44,740 bases of DNA from Candidatus Oleincola secundus (GTDB taxonomy: Bacteria > Atribacterota > Phoenicimicrobiia > Phoenicimicrobiales > Stramentimicrobiaceae). The notes under the pieces are model-generated. The model had not been told where the DNA came from. It was given only the letters and a program-made list of their open reading frames with translations, and did not search any database. The position numbers were made by a program, and so were the translations under genes. The stretch spans positions 1 to 44,740 of the forward strand of contig JAGYLS010000005.1 in the NCBI GenBank assembly GCA_018400815.1. Direction: 5' to 3'. Within the stretch, counting starts at the first letter, position 1, and every line of letters begins with the position of its first letter. Shown here piece by piece: positions 36,608 through 44,740 of this stretch.

Positions 36608-39568
36608 TTACAGTATTCTTTCTAATACCTTTCCAATACTATCAAACCAATATTCTTTATAGCCACCTTCTGAAACCCTGTTAACATCATCTGTTCGTAA
36701 AAATGTGTATACCTTACAGGTAAAATCTTGATACTTAAATTCCTTAATTTTACCCTTATTTTCTTCAAAAATCATTTTATAGCCATCAATTTTATGCATA
36801 TAATCAGAATGCTTAATACCTTTTGGGTCAATAAAAACAATAGAATAATTATTATCTTTTTTGAACCAAAAAATAAAATCAGGTTTAAATTTACTTATCT
36901 TGTTACCATCAGGATTATAATAAGGGATATTTATCTCATCTAAACTCTCGTCTATTTTACAAAAAGCCCACCAATTAAACTTTTTAAAATAGTTATCATC
37001 CTTATTTAGATAAGTTTCCAAATCATTGATAAATTTCACTTCACTGGGGGTTTTTATGATGTGGGTCATATAATCAATTTTCTCTTCATCGCTTAGTATT
37101 AACGGAACATAATAGTGATTAGCAATATATTTTAGTTTGATTTTCTTATGCTCATGCTCATAGGTCTCTGTAGCTTCTTTCATTAGCATATTTTCAAACA
37201 TTTGACGTGTATCTCCGTTTAATTTAGCCAATGCTTCCTTTATCTTTTTCTGTCTTTCAGGATAATCTTTGACCTCATTAATTTTCTGCTGTAATTCCTT
37301 TAGATCTTCTAAATGCACTTTGATATTCTTAAAATGTTTTATCTCGTCATCCAAATGTTTAAATTCTTTTAATTCTTCCGGTATAACATCAAAATAATCA
37401 AATATTCTTTGAACAAAAATATCAATATTTTTAAATCTTTTTGCCTCTTCACCTCTTTTATAATACTTTTCCACATCATCAAAGGTATTTCGTAAAACCT
37501 TTATTTTCTCAGGAGTTGTATTATAATTCATAAGGAAAATTTTATCATCATCAATATAGTCAACATAGTTTTGCAAAAACTTGATATCACTTCCGCAAAC
37601 CTCAAATTTAGCTTGTTTACTAGTTTTCATAATAGATTGGTCTGCTGGTTTATAAGTTGGAATCAAAAGATTTTGCTTTTCTATTGATTTATTAACAAAA
37701 AATGAAAGTTGCTCTCCTTTTTCTTTACTTTCCTGCTTAAGTTCATTTATCACTGTTAGCAATGCGCTTCTATTTGTTCCAAAAATAAATAGTGTTTCTA
37801 GTGGAGTTACAACATCTTTGAGTTCCTTAAATAGTTTAATATCTATATCTTTATCGTTGTATAATTCTTTTAATCTTCTCCTTTTATTAGCAACCGGTTC
37901 AATCCTTATACCTCTCCCTACTGATTGGAGTATAAATTTTTTTGCAACTATACCAGTCCCAATATTTATAAAATTAATCACATTAGGCCTATTTGAATCC
38001 CAACCTTCATAAAAAGCACGGGAACCCATTAAAATATTAATGGGTGAATCGTCCTTGTTTATCCTTTCAAAAAATCCCTCTTCCTCAAATTGATGGTTAA
38101 CATTAAATCTATCTAATTCTTCCCTTAACCAACTGGGCATATCTCCTGTTTTACTGAGAGCAAAATGTCTATCAGAAGTGGCTAATTTAAAAGCAACCTG
38201 TTTTTTATCTGATGGCCTAAAAGAAACTTCTATTTTACCAGGACTATCAGAATTAAAAATATATTTAATAACATCTTCAATGGCTATATTCTTAAAACAT
38301 TTTTCATCAATTTTTATTCCTTTATTATCTTCAAAAACAAACTCAGGCTCCTTCTTTAGTTCTTCCCAGAGCTCCTCTATACTTTGGTTAAATGTATCAG
38401 CTTCGATGTCTCCTTTTCCAATCCTTTCCAGTTCTCTAAAAAAGATTTTCAAGTCTGCTTCTACAGTATTAATAGAATTGACCAATGTTAGAAGCAAGGG
38501 ATTGTGGTAAAGATGCTCTTCGATATTGATATTTTTAATTTTCTCATAATATTTCTTCAGGTAAGTAAGCACAATCAGAGATTTTAAAACAATCTTTTGT
38601 TTTTCTTCATCACTATAATCTTCATCCTTTCTGAATGCCCTTATTTCCTGTTGTAAAACACTTATATGCTTACCATAACCAGCCTGGATAAAAGAAGCTA
38701 AATTAAATTCAAAAGCAGAAGTAATAATATCTCTTTGATCAATAAAGGTAGCAGAAAAATTAAACAGGAAACCATTCCTGGCTAAAATTGAATAAATATG
38801 TTGTCGCTTGGAATCTTCTTTATCCCCTTTATGCGCCTCATCCAAAAAGACAAACCACTTGCCACTATTATCATAATTATGAAAATCAATAATTCTTTCT
38901 TTCTGCTCATCATTGATATTATCAGAGCGATAATAAAAAACAGGTGCTCCAGTTAATAGTCTTTGTCTTTTCACTTCAGGGTATTCTTTCAGTTCCCTTA
39001 AATCAATTTTGTTTACATTTGCTAAATTAACTTCATCAACCATCTTTTTAAATTGTTCTAACAAATCATCTCTATGAGTTAAGAACAAAATATCATACTC
39101 AGGGATTTCTTTTCTCTCCATAAGAATCTTTAAAATTTGAATGAGTTTAATAAGTACTATTGTTTTTCCGCTTCCTGTTGCCATCCAAAAACACATCCGA
39201 TTTATATAATTCGAGTAAGATATTTTTCCATCTTCTTGTTTAAAAAAATCAGGAAGCAGTTCATTAAGTTTTCTACTTCGCCTGTCTAATTTGATATCCA
39301 ACTTTTCATTTAATCCGTTATCTTTATACCATTGATATAATTTTCTTTTTCTTTCTAAATTAATTTCTATACTTTCTTCTGGTTGAAAATCATAAAAATC
39401 CTCATAATATTTCCATAACACTTTTAAAGCATTTACTATGGCTTTTTGCTGAAAATCCCAGAGCTCAATTTTGTTTGATAATATCTTTAGATCAAAAGAA
39501 TTCCAGGTATATGGTAAATGTGTTGAGCTTATATCATCTAAAATATCCTGTAAAAAAATCGTTATCAA
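36608..39568 (-). CDS. Type III restriction Res-like subunit (SF2 helicase + PD-(D/E)xK nuclease)
   Basis: MATGSGKT, LDEAH, FSAT, EGWD..RP, QSVGRG.R, KPDFIFW..IDPKG motifs; TTG start with SD GGAG. Confidence 0.85.
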   Translation of the reverse strand: MITIFLQDILDDISSTHLPYTWNSFDLKILSNKIELWDFQQKAIVNALKVLWKYYEDFYDFQPEESIEINLERKRKLYQWYKDNGLNEKLDIKLDRRSRKLNELLPDFFKQEDGKISYSNYINRMCFWMATGSGKTIVLIKLIQILKILMERKEIPEYDILFLTHRDDLLEQFKKMVDEVNLANVNKIDLRELKEYPEVKRQRLLTGAPVFYYRSDNINDEQKERIIDFHNYDNSGKWFVFLDEAHKGDKEDSKRQHIYSILARNGFLFNFSATFIDQRDIITSAFEFNLASFIQAGYGKHISVLQQEIRAFRKDEDYSDEEKQKIVLKSLIVLTYLKKYYEKIKNINIEEHLYHNPLLLTLVNSINTVEADLKIFFRELERIGKGDIEADTFNQSIEELWEELKKEPEFVFEDNKGIKIDEKCFKNIAIEDVIKYIFNSDSPGKIEVSFRPSDKKQVAFKLATSDRHFALSKTGDMPSWLREELDRFNVNHQFEEEGFFERINKDDSPINILMGSRAFYEGWDSNRPNVINFINIGTGIVAKKFILQSVGRGIRIEPVANKRRRLKELYNDKDIDIKLFKELKDVVTPLETLFIFGTNRSALLTVINELKQESKEKGEQLSFFVNKSIEKQNLLIPTYKPADQSIMKTSKQAKFEVCGSDIKFLQNYVDYIDDDKIFLMNYNTTPEKIKVLRNTFDDVEKYYKRGEEAKRFKNIDIFVQRIFDYFDVIPEELKEFKHLDDEIKHFKNIKVHLEDLKELQQKINEVKDYPERQKKIKEALAKLNGDTRQMFENMLMKEATETYEHEHKKIKLKYIANHYYVPLILSDEEKIDYMTHIIKTPSEVKFINDLETYLNKDDNYFKKFNWWAFCKIDESLDEINIPYYNPDGNKISKFKPDFIFWFKKDNNYSIVFIDPKGIKHSDYMHKIDGYKMIFEENKGKIKEFKYQDFTCKVYTFLRTDDVNRVSEGGYKEYWFDSIGKVLERIL

Positions 39569-39593
39569 TAGAATTTCTCCATTTTATTATTCA

Positions 39594-40124
39594 TTAACTT
39601 TGGAGCTTATGCCCCTTTGGTGCCCCTTTAAGCTTATAGTAAGTTCCCTTACCTGTTGTTCCAATACGTTCAAATATTTTCATATTTTCGAGTTGTTTTA
39701 AGTCATCTGTTGTTTGTCTTTTTTTAACTGAGCATATTTGCTGATACTCCCTATTAGTAATCTTTCCTTTTTTCTTTACATATAGGACAGCCTTAATTTG
39801 TCTTTCATTTAATCCCATTCTTTGTAGAATTTCTTCTGTATAAATATCCTTAAAAAACCAGACACTGAATCCGCCCTGTTCTTCTTTATATTCAGGTTCT
39901 GGCAAACCCTGTTCTTTGCATAGATCAACTATTCTTTTAGTGCCTGAACCCCATCTTTCTATGTAACCGGAAAGATAAAATACATTGTCTATCAAAGGAT
40001 TTCTAGGATAAGATGAGTGGTCTTTTTTCAGGTCATCAATTTTTAATTCAGATGGTAATTTCCCGGGATTCCATATCCATACTTTGTCATCATAAATTTT
40101 AATCTGGATTTCGGTTTCTATTTT
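39594..40124 (-). pseudogene. C-terminal remnant of an AlbA/Schlafen-associated ATP-binding protein (HATPase_c_4 + HTH)
   Basis: Frame extends upstream of the tracked ORF as IQIKIYDDKVWIWNPG..SYPRNPLI..GYIERWGSG until a TAA; N-terminal domain and start codon are missing. Confidence 0.75.
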
Positions 40125-40209
40125 TTAATTTTCTTTTACTACATACTTGTACTACTATACAAATAAATAAAAATTTTATTTTATAACTGATACTCCTCTA
40201 TTATTTTAT

Positions 40210-40280
40210 CCCCCTCACCCTGACCCTCTCCCTCCTAGGGGAGAGGGAAATTTTCGATTATTCTCCGAGGGGAGAGGGAA
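40210..40280. repeat. GC-rich palindromic repeat CCCCTCACCC..CCCTCTCCC..GGGAGAGGG plus a partial second copy
   Basis: Hairpin CCCTCTCCC/GGGAGAGGG; GGGGAGAGGGAA repeated at about 40269. Confidence 0.7.
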
Positions 40281-40378
40281 GTATAAGAAAAGGATAATTT
40301 TATAATAATAATTAATAATGTGTCTTTTGGGAAAATTTGATAGTTGACTTTTAACACAGTATCTATTTTATAATTGTA

Positions 40379-40445
40379 TGAGATTGCTTCATCTTGCAAA
40401 GCAAGATTCGCAATGACAAAAAAGGGGAAAATCCTCGCAACAACA
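40379..40445. repeat. REP-like palindromic element
   Basis: TGAGATTGCTTC-ATCTTGC-AAA-GCAAGAT-TCGCAATGACA plus a degenerate TCGCAACAACA. Confidence 0.65.
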
Positions 40446-40503
40446 GAGCGAAAGGGGTATCTACACAACAACGGAGGGAAACACGCAAGCTTGTGTTTAT
40501 TTG

Positions 40504-40611
40504 AACTAATTAACCAATAAACTAAGAAACTAATTAATTAACAAGATTTTACTCGGTTTTGGTTTTTTATTTTTCTTTCACTACATACACGATACCAGAT
40601 ACTCGATACTA
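40504..40611. repeat. Degenerate 7/8-mer tandem repeats
   Basis: AACTAATT/AACCAATA/AACTAAGA/AACTAATT; ACATACA/CGATACC/AGATACT/CGATACT. Confidence 0.55.
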
Positions 40612-40655
40612 TTTTATAACTTGCACGGGTATGAGCAATCCTCTATAATGTTAGC

Positions 40656-41615
40656 ATGAAGAAAATGAAGTATAAGAATAATTCTATTTATAAACTTATT
40701 ATAATAGTAATATGTATTTCACTTTTTTCCGGGATAGCAATTGCTGATGCCAAACCTAAAATCGGACTGGCTTTGGGTTCCGGAGGAGCAAGAGGTTATG
40801 CACATGTTGGGGTATTAAAAATCCTGGAAAAAGAAGAAATTGAAATAGATTTTATTGCCGGGACCAGTGTGGGAAGCTTGATTGGTGCCTTGTATGCCCT
40901 GGGTTTTGATATAGATGAGATTGAAAAAATTGTTTTAGAACAAGATTTCATGGAATACGTTACCTTTAAAAGTATTTCCTTTGAATTGAAAGAAACAAAA
41001 GATAGGAACGTCTTAGGCTTTTCAATTAATATCCCGAAATTAATAGCAAGCCCACGTTTGCCCAGAGGTCTTATTTCTACAATTGGTATAAGGGATGAAT
41101 TTGACCGTATCTCCAACTGGGCACATTTTGAATACGATTTGAAAATACCTTTTAAAGCAGTAGCAACAGATCTAATTACCGGAGAAAAAATTATTATGGA
41201 GAATGGGAAAGTGTCTAATGGGGTAGCTGCTTCTATTTCGATCCCCGGAATATTCTCTCCATTTGAATTTGAAGACAAGATATTAGTTGACGGAGGGCTG
41301 AAAGATCCAGTCCCGGTTGATGTGGTTCGCGAAATGGGTGCCGATATAGTCATTGCCGTAACCCTGCAGGGTGTTAAGGAAGAAAAAAAAGAGCCTTATA
41401 ATATCATTTCTATTGCTGACCGAAGTATAGAGATAATGATAGAAGATTTAACCAGGCTTTCTTTAGAAGGTGCTGATATTATTCTTGAACCAAGTTATAT
41501 AGGTGAAGTTTCATTTCTAATGGGAGAAAAAGAAAGGGTTCAAATTATACAAGTGGGAGAAGATGAGGCAACAAAAAAGATGCCTGAGTTAAAGAAAATG
41601 ATTGCAGATTTTTAA
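40656..41615 (+). CDS. Patatin-like phospholipase with signal peptide
   Basis: LGSGGARG.AHVGV, GTSVG and DGG motifs. Confidence 0.9.
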   Translation: MKKMKYKNNSIYKLIIIVICISLFSGIAIADAKPKIGLALGSGGARGYAHVGVLKILEKEEIEIDFIAGTSVGSLIGALYALGFDIDEIEKIVLEQDFMEYVTFKSISFELKETKDRNVLGFSINIPKLIASPRLPRGLISTIGIRDEFDRISNWAHFEYDLKIPFKAVATDLITGEKIIMENGKVSNGVAASISIPGIFSPFEFEDKILVDGGLKDPVPVDVVREMGADIVIAVTLQGVKEEKKEPYNIISIADRSIEIMIEDLTRLSLEGADIILEPSYIGEVSFLMGEKERVQIIQVGEDEATKKMPELKKMIADF

Positions 41616-41686
41616 CCCTTTGCTTTCCATACCATTTTTTTGTATTATAATAAGCGATATTCCAATAGAAATCAGTATGTTACAAA

Positions 41687-42454
41687 ATGAAGCAAATTTT
41701 CCAGGAAAAATATGAAATACATCCCCAGGATATTCAGCATAATCAGCGGTTAGGTCTGGTTAGGCTAATTGATTACCTTAATGAGACTGCAGGCAATCAT
41801 TCCAAATCATTTGGTTACCCATTAAAGTCTTTATTTGAACAAGGGTATTCCTGGATATTGCTCTACTGGAATATTGAAATCAATGAACTACCCTTATTAA
41901 GAGAGCAGATTAATATCGATACCTGGATTTCGCAGACTAAAAGATGTTTTGCCTACCGGGAATTTATAATCAAAAATAAGCATAATCATATTATTGCAAA
42001 GGCATCATCCCAGTGGATTTTTTATAATATCAACAAGAAAAAACCGGCAAAAATATTTCCAGTATTTTCGAAGCAAGAAATAATTAAGCCGGAAAAGGCA
42101 TGTGAACAATCAATTTTAGATTCTGCCATTTTAAAAAAAACTGCCAGCAAAAATACAACAAATAATTTTATCATTCAAAAAAATGATATTGACATTTTGG
42201 ATCATGTTCATAACTCTAAATATATCGACTGGATCCTTAATGTAAAACCCGAGGAAATAAAGCTTCAATATCAATTAAACCAGCTTCAGGTTCTCTATCA
42301 TCATGAAATAAAGTATCCTGGAGAAGTAATGATAAAACAGAAAAACTTTCCCTTCAAAAAGAATGAAAAACTACTTATTTATGATGCAATATGGGATAAA
42401 AAAAACCAACGGTTATCTTCAGAGATTGCCACAAAGTGGAAATATATCCATTAG
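41687..42454 (+). CDS. Acyl-ACP thioesterase
   Basis: Double hotdog pattern; I.TW..AYREF, ASSQW, DIDILDHVHN..YIDW. Confidence 0.8.
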   Translation: MKQIFQEKYEIHPQDIQHNQRLGLVRLIDYLNETAGNHSKSFGYPLKSLFEQGYSWILLYWNIEINELPLLREQINIDTWISQTKRCFAYREFIIKNKHNHIIAKASSQWIFYNINKKKPAKIFPVFSKQEIIKPEKACEQSILDSAILKKTASKNTTNNFIIQKNDIDILDHVHNSKYIDWILNVKPEEIKLQYQLNQLQVLYHHEIKYPGEVMIKQKNFPFKKNEKLLIYDAIWDKKNQRLSSEIATKWKYIH

Positions 42455-42477
42455 CAATTTTTACCATCTATCAATAA

Positions 42478-43350
42478 TCAAAGCAATTCATAACTGCTTA
42501 TCATAACCGGTAAAGTCAGATTTCCCAATACTCGTTCCAGCATAATACCATTTCTCTGAGGATATTTGTGACCGTAACTTGCCCGAATAGCAGCAGTAAT
42601 AAACTGGACAGCACGGTCCAGGGCAATGGGCAGGCTATCTCCCTGTAACAGACTGCCGACAATAACACTGGTAAACACATCTCCGGTGCCGGGAAAATAA
42701 ACAGGGATGTAGTCACATTTAACCTTCCAAAATCGACCATCATCACGGTTATAAGCAATGACACTGGTGATGCTCTTGGTATCCTTTGTTGGAACACTGG
42801 TGATAATTACTGTTTTTGGTCCCATATCCACCAAATGTTTTATATATGATTTTATAAGATCATCATTTACTTCTTGATTTATTGGTTCATCCAGCAAAAA
42901 AAGCACTTCTGTATAGTTTGGTGTTATCAAATCAGCTTTTTTAATATATCTTTTCATTTCACTGACCATGTTTTGGTTCATGGAGGGATATAATTTTCCA
43001 CCATCGCCCATAACAGGATCAACCACTACCAGGGTATCCTCTTTGGCAAAATCATCGATAAAATCAGAAATAATTTCTATCTGTTGCGATGACCCCAAAA
43101 ACCCGCTATAAATACAATCAAAATCAATGCCAATCTCCTTCCAATGAGCGATATATTCTCTCATATGCTCAGTCAGGTCAATGAATTTAAAATTTTTAAA
43201 ACCGCCGGTATGTGTGGAAAGTACTGCTGTAGGCAATGAACACACCTGGATGCCCAGGGTGGAGAGGATTGGAATGACTACTGCCAGGGAAACCCGGCCA
43301 AACCCGGATAAGTCGTGTATTGCTGCAACTCTTTGTATTGGCTTTTTCAT
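42478..43350 (-). CDS. pdxK: Pyridoxal/pyridoxamine kinase
   Basis: HDLSGFGR, LSTHTG, SGFLGS, VDPVMGD, ITPN.TE, GTGD motifs; start trimmed to ATG 43350 (SD GGAG). Confidence 0.88.
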   Translation of the reverse strand: MKKPIQRVAAIHDLSGFGRVSLAVVIPILSTLGIQVCSLPTAVLSTHTGGFKNFKFIDLTEHMREYIAHWKEIGIDFDCIYSGFLGSSQQIEIISDFIDDFAKEDTLVVVDPVMGDGGKLYPSMNQNMVSEMKRYIKKADLITPNYTEVLFLLDEPINQEVNDDLIKSYIKHLVDMGPKTVIITSVPTKDTKSITSVIAYNRDDGRFWKVKCDYIPVYFPGTGDVFTSVIVGSLLQGDSLPIALDRAVQFITAAIRASYGHKYPQRNGIMLERVLGNLTLPVMISSYELL

Positions 43351-43525
43351 TTTATTCTCCTTCTTCGTAATAAAAAATTCTCTTCTATCTAATATAGTTT
43401 CAATCAACAAAAGATGTAACTAATTTAGCAACAACTATTACTAAATTATTAATTATGAATATTCGAAAAAATATCATTCTCGATAGAATCCTATTTTATT
43501 TTAACATATCCTATCGGTAAATTGC

Positions 43526-43554
43526 TTGACAAAAAATTTGTCAGCCTTTAATAT
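43526..43554 (+). promoter_or_regulatory. Sigma-70 promoter of the second T-box leader
   Basis: TTGACA-17-TAATAT. Confidence 0.75.
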
Positions 43555-43577
43555 TATATCAATTAAATAACTAAACT

Positions 43578-43820
43578 AAGAGGAAAGTAAGTATAGTCAG
43601 TCATTTAGAGAAAGGTATCCAGGGTGAAATTACCTTGACTGTCTTATACCCAAAAGAGAACCTCAATATAGTTTTTAGAATAGGTTAGTTACCTTTTAAA
43701 AACCAACGAGCGGGAAAAATGAATATTCTTTCATTTTTCCAATCAGGGTGGTACCACGGGAAATTTATCTCGCCCCTCTTTTTATATATTTTAAAAAGAG
43801 GTTGCGGGATTTTTTATTTT
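43578..43820 (+). promoter_or_regulatory. T-box riboswitch (specifier probably AGA, Arg)
   Basis: Stem I GAGG/CCTC; AGTA, AGAGA and GGGTGAAA motifs; T-box AATCAGGGTGGTACCACG; terminator CCTCTTTTTA/TAAAAAGAGG..GCGGGA followed by a T run. Confidence 0.88.
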
Positions 43821-43873
43821 TGCTTAATTGTTATAAAATATAGTTATAACTATAAACAGGAGTCTATCTACAA

Positions 43874-44578
43874 ATGGATCAATTAAACTTAATCTGGCAA
43901 GGATTGCCATCCTTGTTATCAGGTACACTGGTTACCATTACTTTAACGATATACTTTCTGGCTTTAGGCTTTATTCTGGGAATTCTATTGGCCCTGGGGC
44001 GTGTTTACGGTTCCAATTTTCTAAAATTATTGATTATTCAGCCCTTTGAACGATTTTTTAGAGCTGTTCCTGCCCTTGTCTTACTATTTTTATTCTACTT
44101 TGGTTCTTCTTTTTTTCATGTTGAAATTAGTGCTTTTCTGGCTGCAATCCTGGCAATGGGATTACGTTCGGCTGCCTATCAATCTCAAATATTCAGAGGA
44201 GCCATTCAATCAATAGGTAAAGGCCAAATGAAGGCAGCTCGTTCCATCGGAATGAATACATTTCAATCAATAAGATATATTATTCTACCCCAGGCCTTGA
44301 GACTGTCTATACCTTCCTGGGCTAATGAATATGCAGTTGTTCTAAAAGACAGTTCCTTAGCATATGCAGTGGGGGTTACAGAACTACTGAGGCAGGGGCG
44401 TTATATCGTTGCCCGAACTTTTGGAAATGCTCTGTTGATTTATACCGTTTGTGCTTTAATTTATTTTATATTGGTATTTGTTGGAAATCAAACTTTAAAG
44501 ATTTTAGAAGAAAAATATAAGATTCCCGGATATGAAATCAAAACAAAAAAAGATCAATCAGTTTTAGAAAGGATTTAG
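43874..44578 (+). CDS. Polar amino acid ABC transporter permease
   Basis: FR..P.LV, SAAYQSQIFRG, GQMKAARSIGM..ILPQA, LKDSSL motifs. Confidence 0.92.
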   Translation: MDQLNLIWQGLPSLLSGTLVTITLTIYFLALGFILGILLALGRVYGSNFLKLLIIQPFERFFRAVPALVLLFLFYFGSSFFHVEISAFLAAILAMGLRSAAYQSQIFRGAIQSIGKGQMKAARSIGMNTFQSIRYIILPQALRLSIPSWANEYAVVLKDSSLAYAVGVTELLRQGRYIVARTFGNALLIYTVCALIYFILVFVGNQTLKILEEKYKIPGYEIKTKKDQSVLERI

Positions 44579-44579
44579 A

Positions 44580-44740
44580 ATGCCAAATGTTATTCTGAGA
44601 GCTGAGAATGTTTATAAAAAATATGGGAAATTAGAAGTATTAAAAGGAATCTCTTTCCAGGTTAAGCAGGGAGAAACTACTGTTATCATTGGACCATCGG
44701 GAACCGGAAAGAGTACTTTACTAACCTGTATTAACCAACT
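44580..44740 (+). CDS. Polar amino acid ABC transporter ATP-binding protein, partial
   Basis: MPNVILRAENVYKKYGKLEVLKGISF..IIGPSGTGKSTLL (Walker A); runs off the window. Confidence 0.9.
   Translation, partial: MPNVILRAENVYKKYGKLEVLKGISFQVKQGETTVIIGPSGTGKSTLLTCINQ

Overview
Low-GC chromosomal window from an anaerobic bacterium that uses T-box, PyrR and yybP-ykoY regulation. An Atribacterota-like or clostridial-like origin is a guess from sequence style and gene content only. 1-12 kb: a 2-oxoacid fermentation cluster (Na+/solute symporter flanked by two small membrane genes, buk, ptb, four-subunit 2-oxoacid:ferredoxin oxidoreductase, partial Liv-type binding protein), then pckG, a uracil permease behind tandem PyrR attenuators, and murI. 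12.3-16.4 kb: a serine-specific T-box riboswitch heads archease, a 390-bp structured spacer, rtcB, serS and tRNA-Ser(TGA). 16.5-40.6 kb: an accessory mosaic containing an AAA_14 ATPase, a methyltransferase, an AlkD-like protein, an amber-interrupted EFR1 ferredoxin, an HTH-Panacea/RelE-like TA pair and a Mn-riboswitch CaCA antiporter. Two REP-associated tyrosine transposase elements bracket a GGDEF / globin-like / CarH-type B12-binding cassette. A group II intron 5' stub and a tungsten AOR module with a P3-less Moco/Wco RNA follow. A defence island holds an hsdR stub, an rhuM pseudogene, DUF3800 with a convergent small RNA, an AbiEi/AbiEii-like pair and an orphan type III Res, punctuated by a conserved 157-bp repeat. 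40.6-44.7 kb: patatin, acyl-ACP thioesterase, pdxK and a T-box-controlled polar amino-acid ABC transporter. Best candidates for new biology: Ser T-box control of the RtcB/archease RNA ligase system, the split B12/globin-like diguanylate cyclase cassette, and the DUF3800 small RNA within the repeat-delimited defence array. All family calls come from manual motif recognition; no searches were run.
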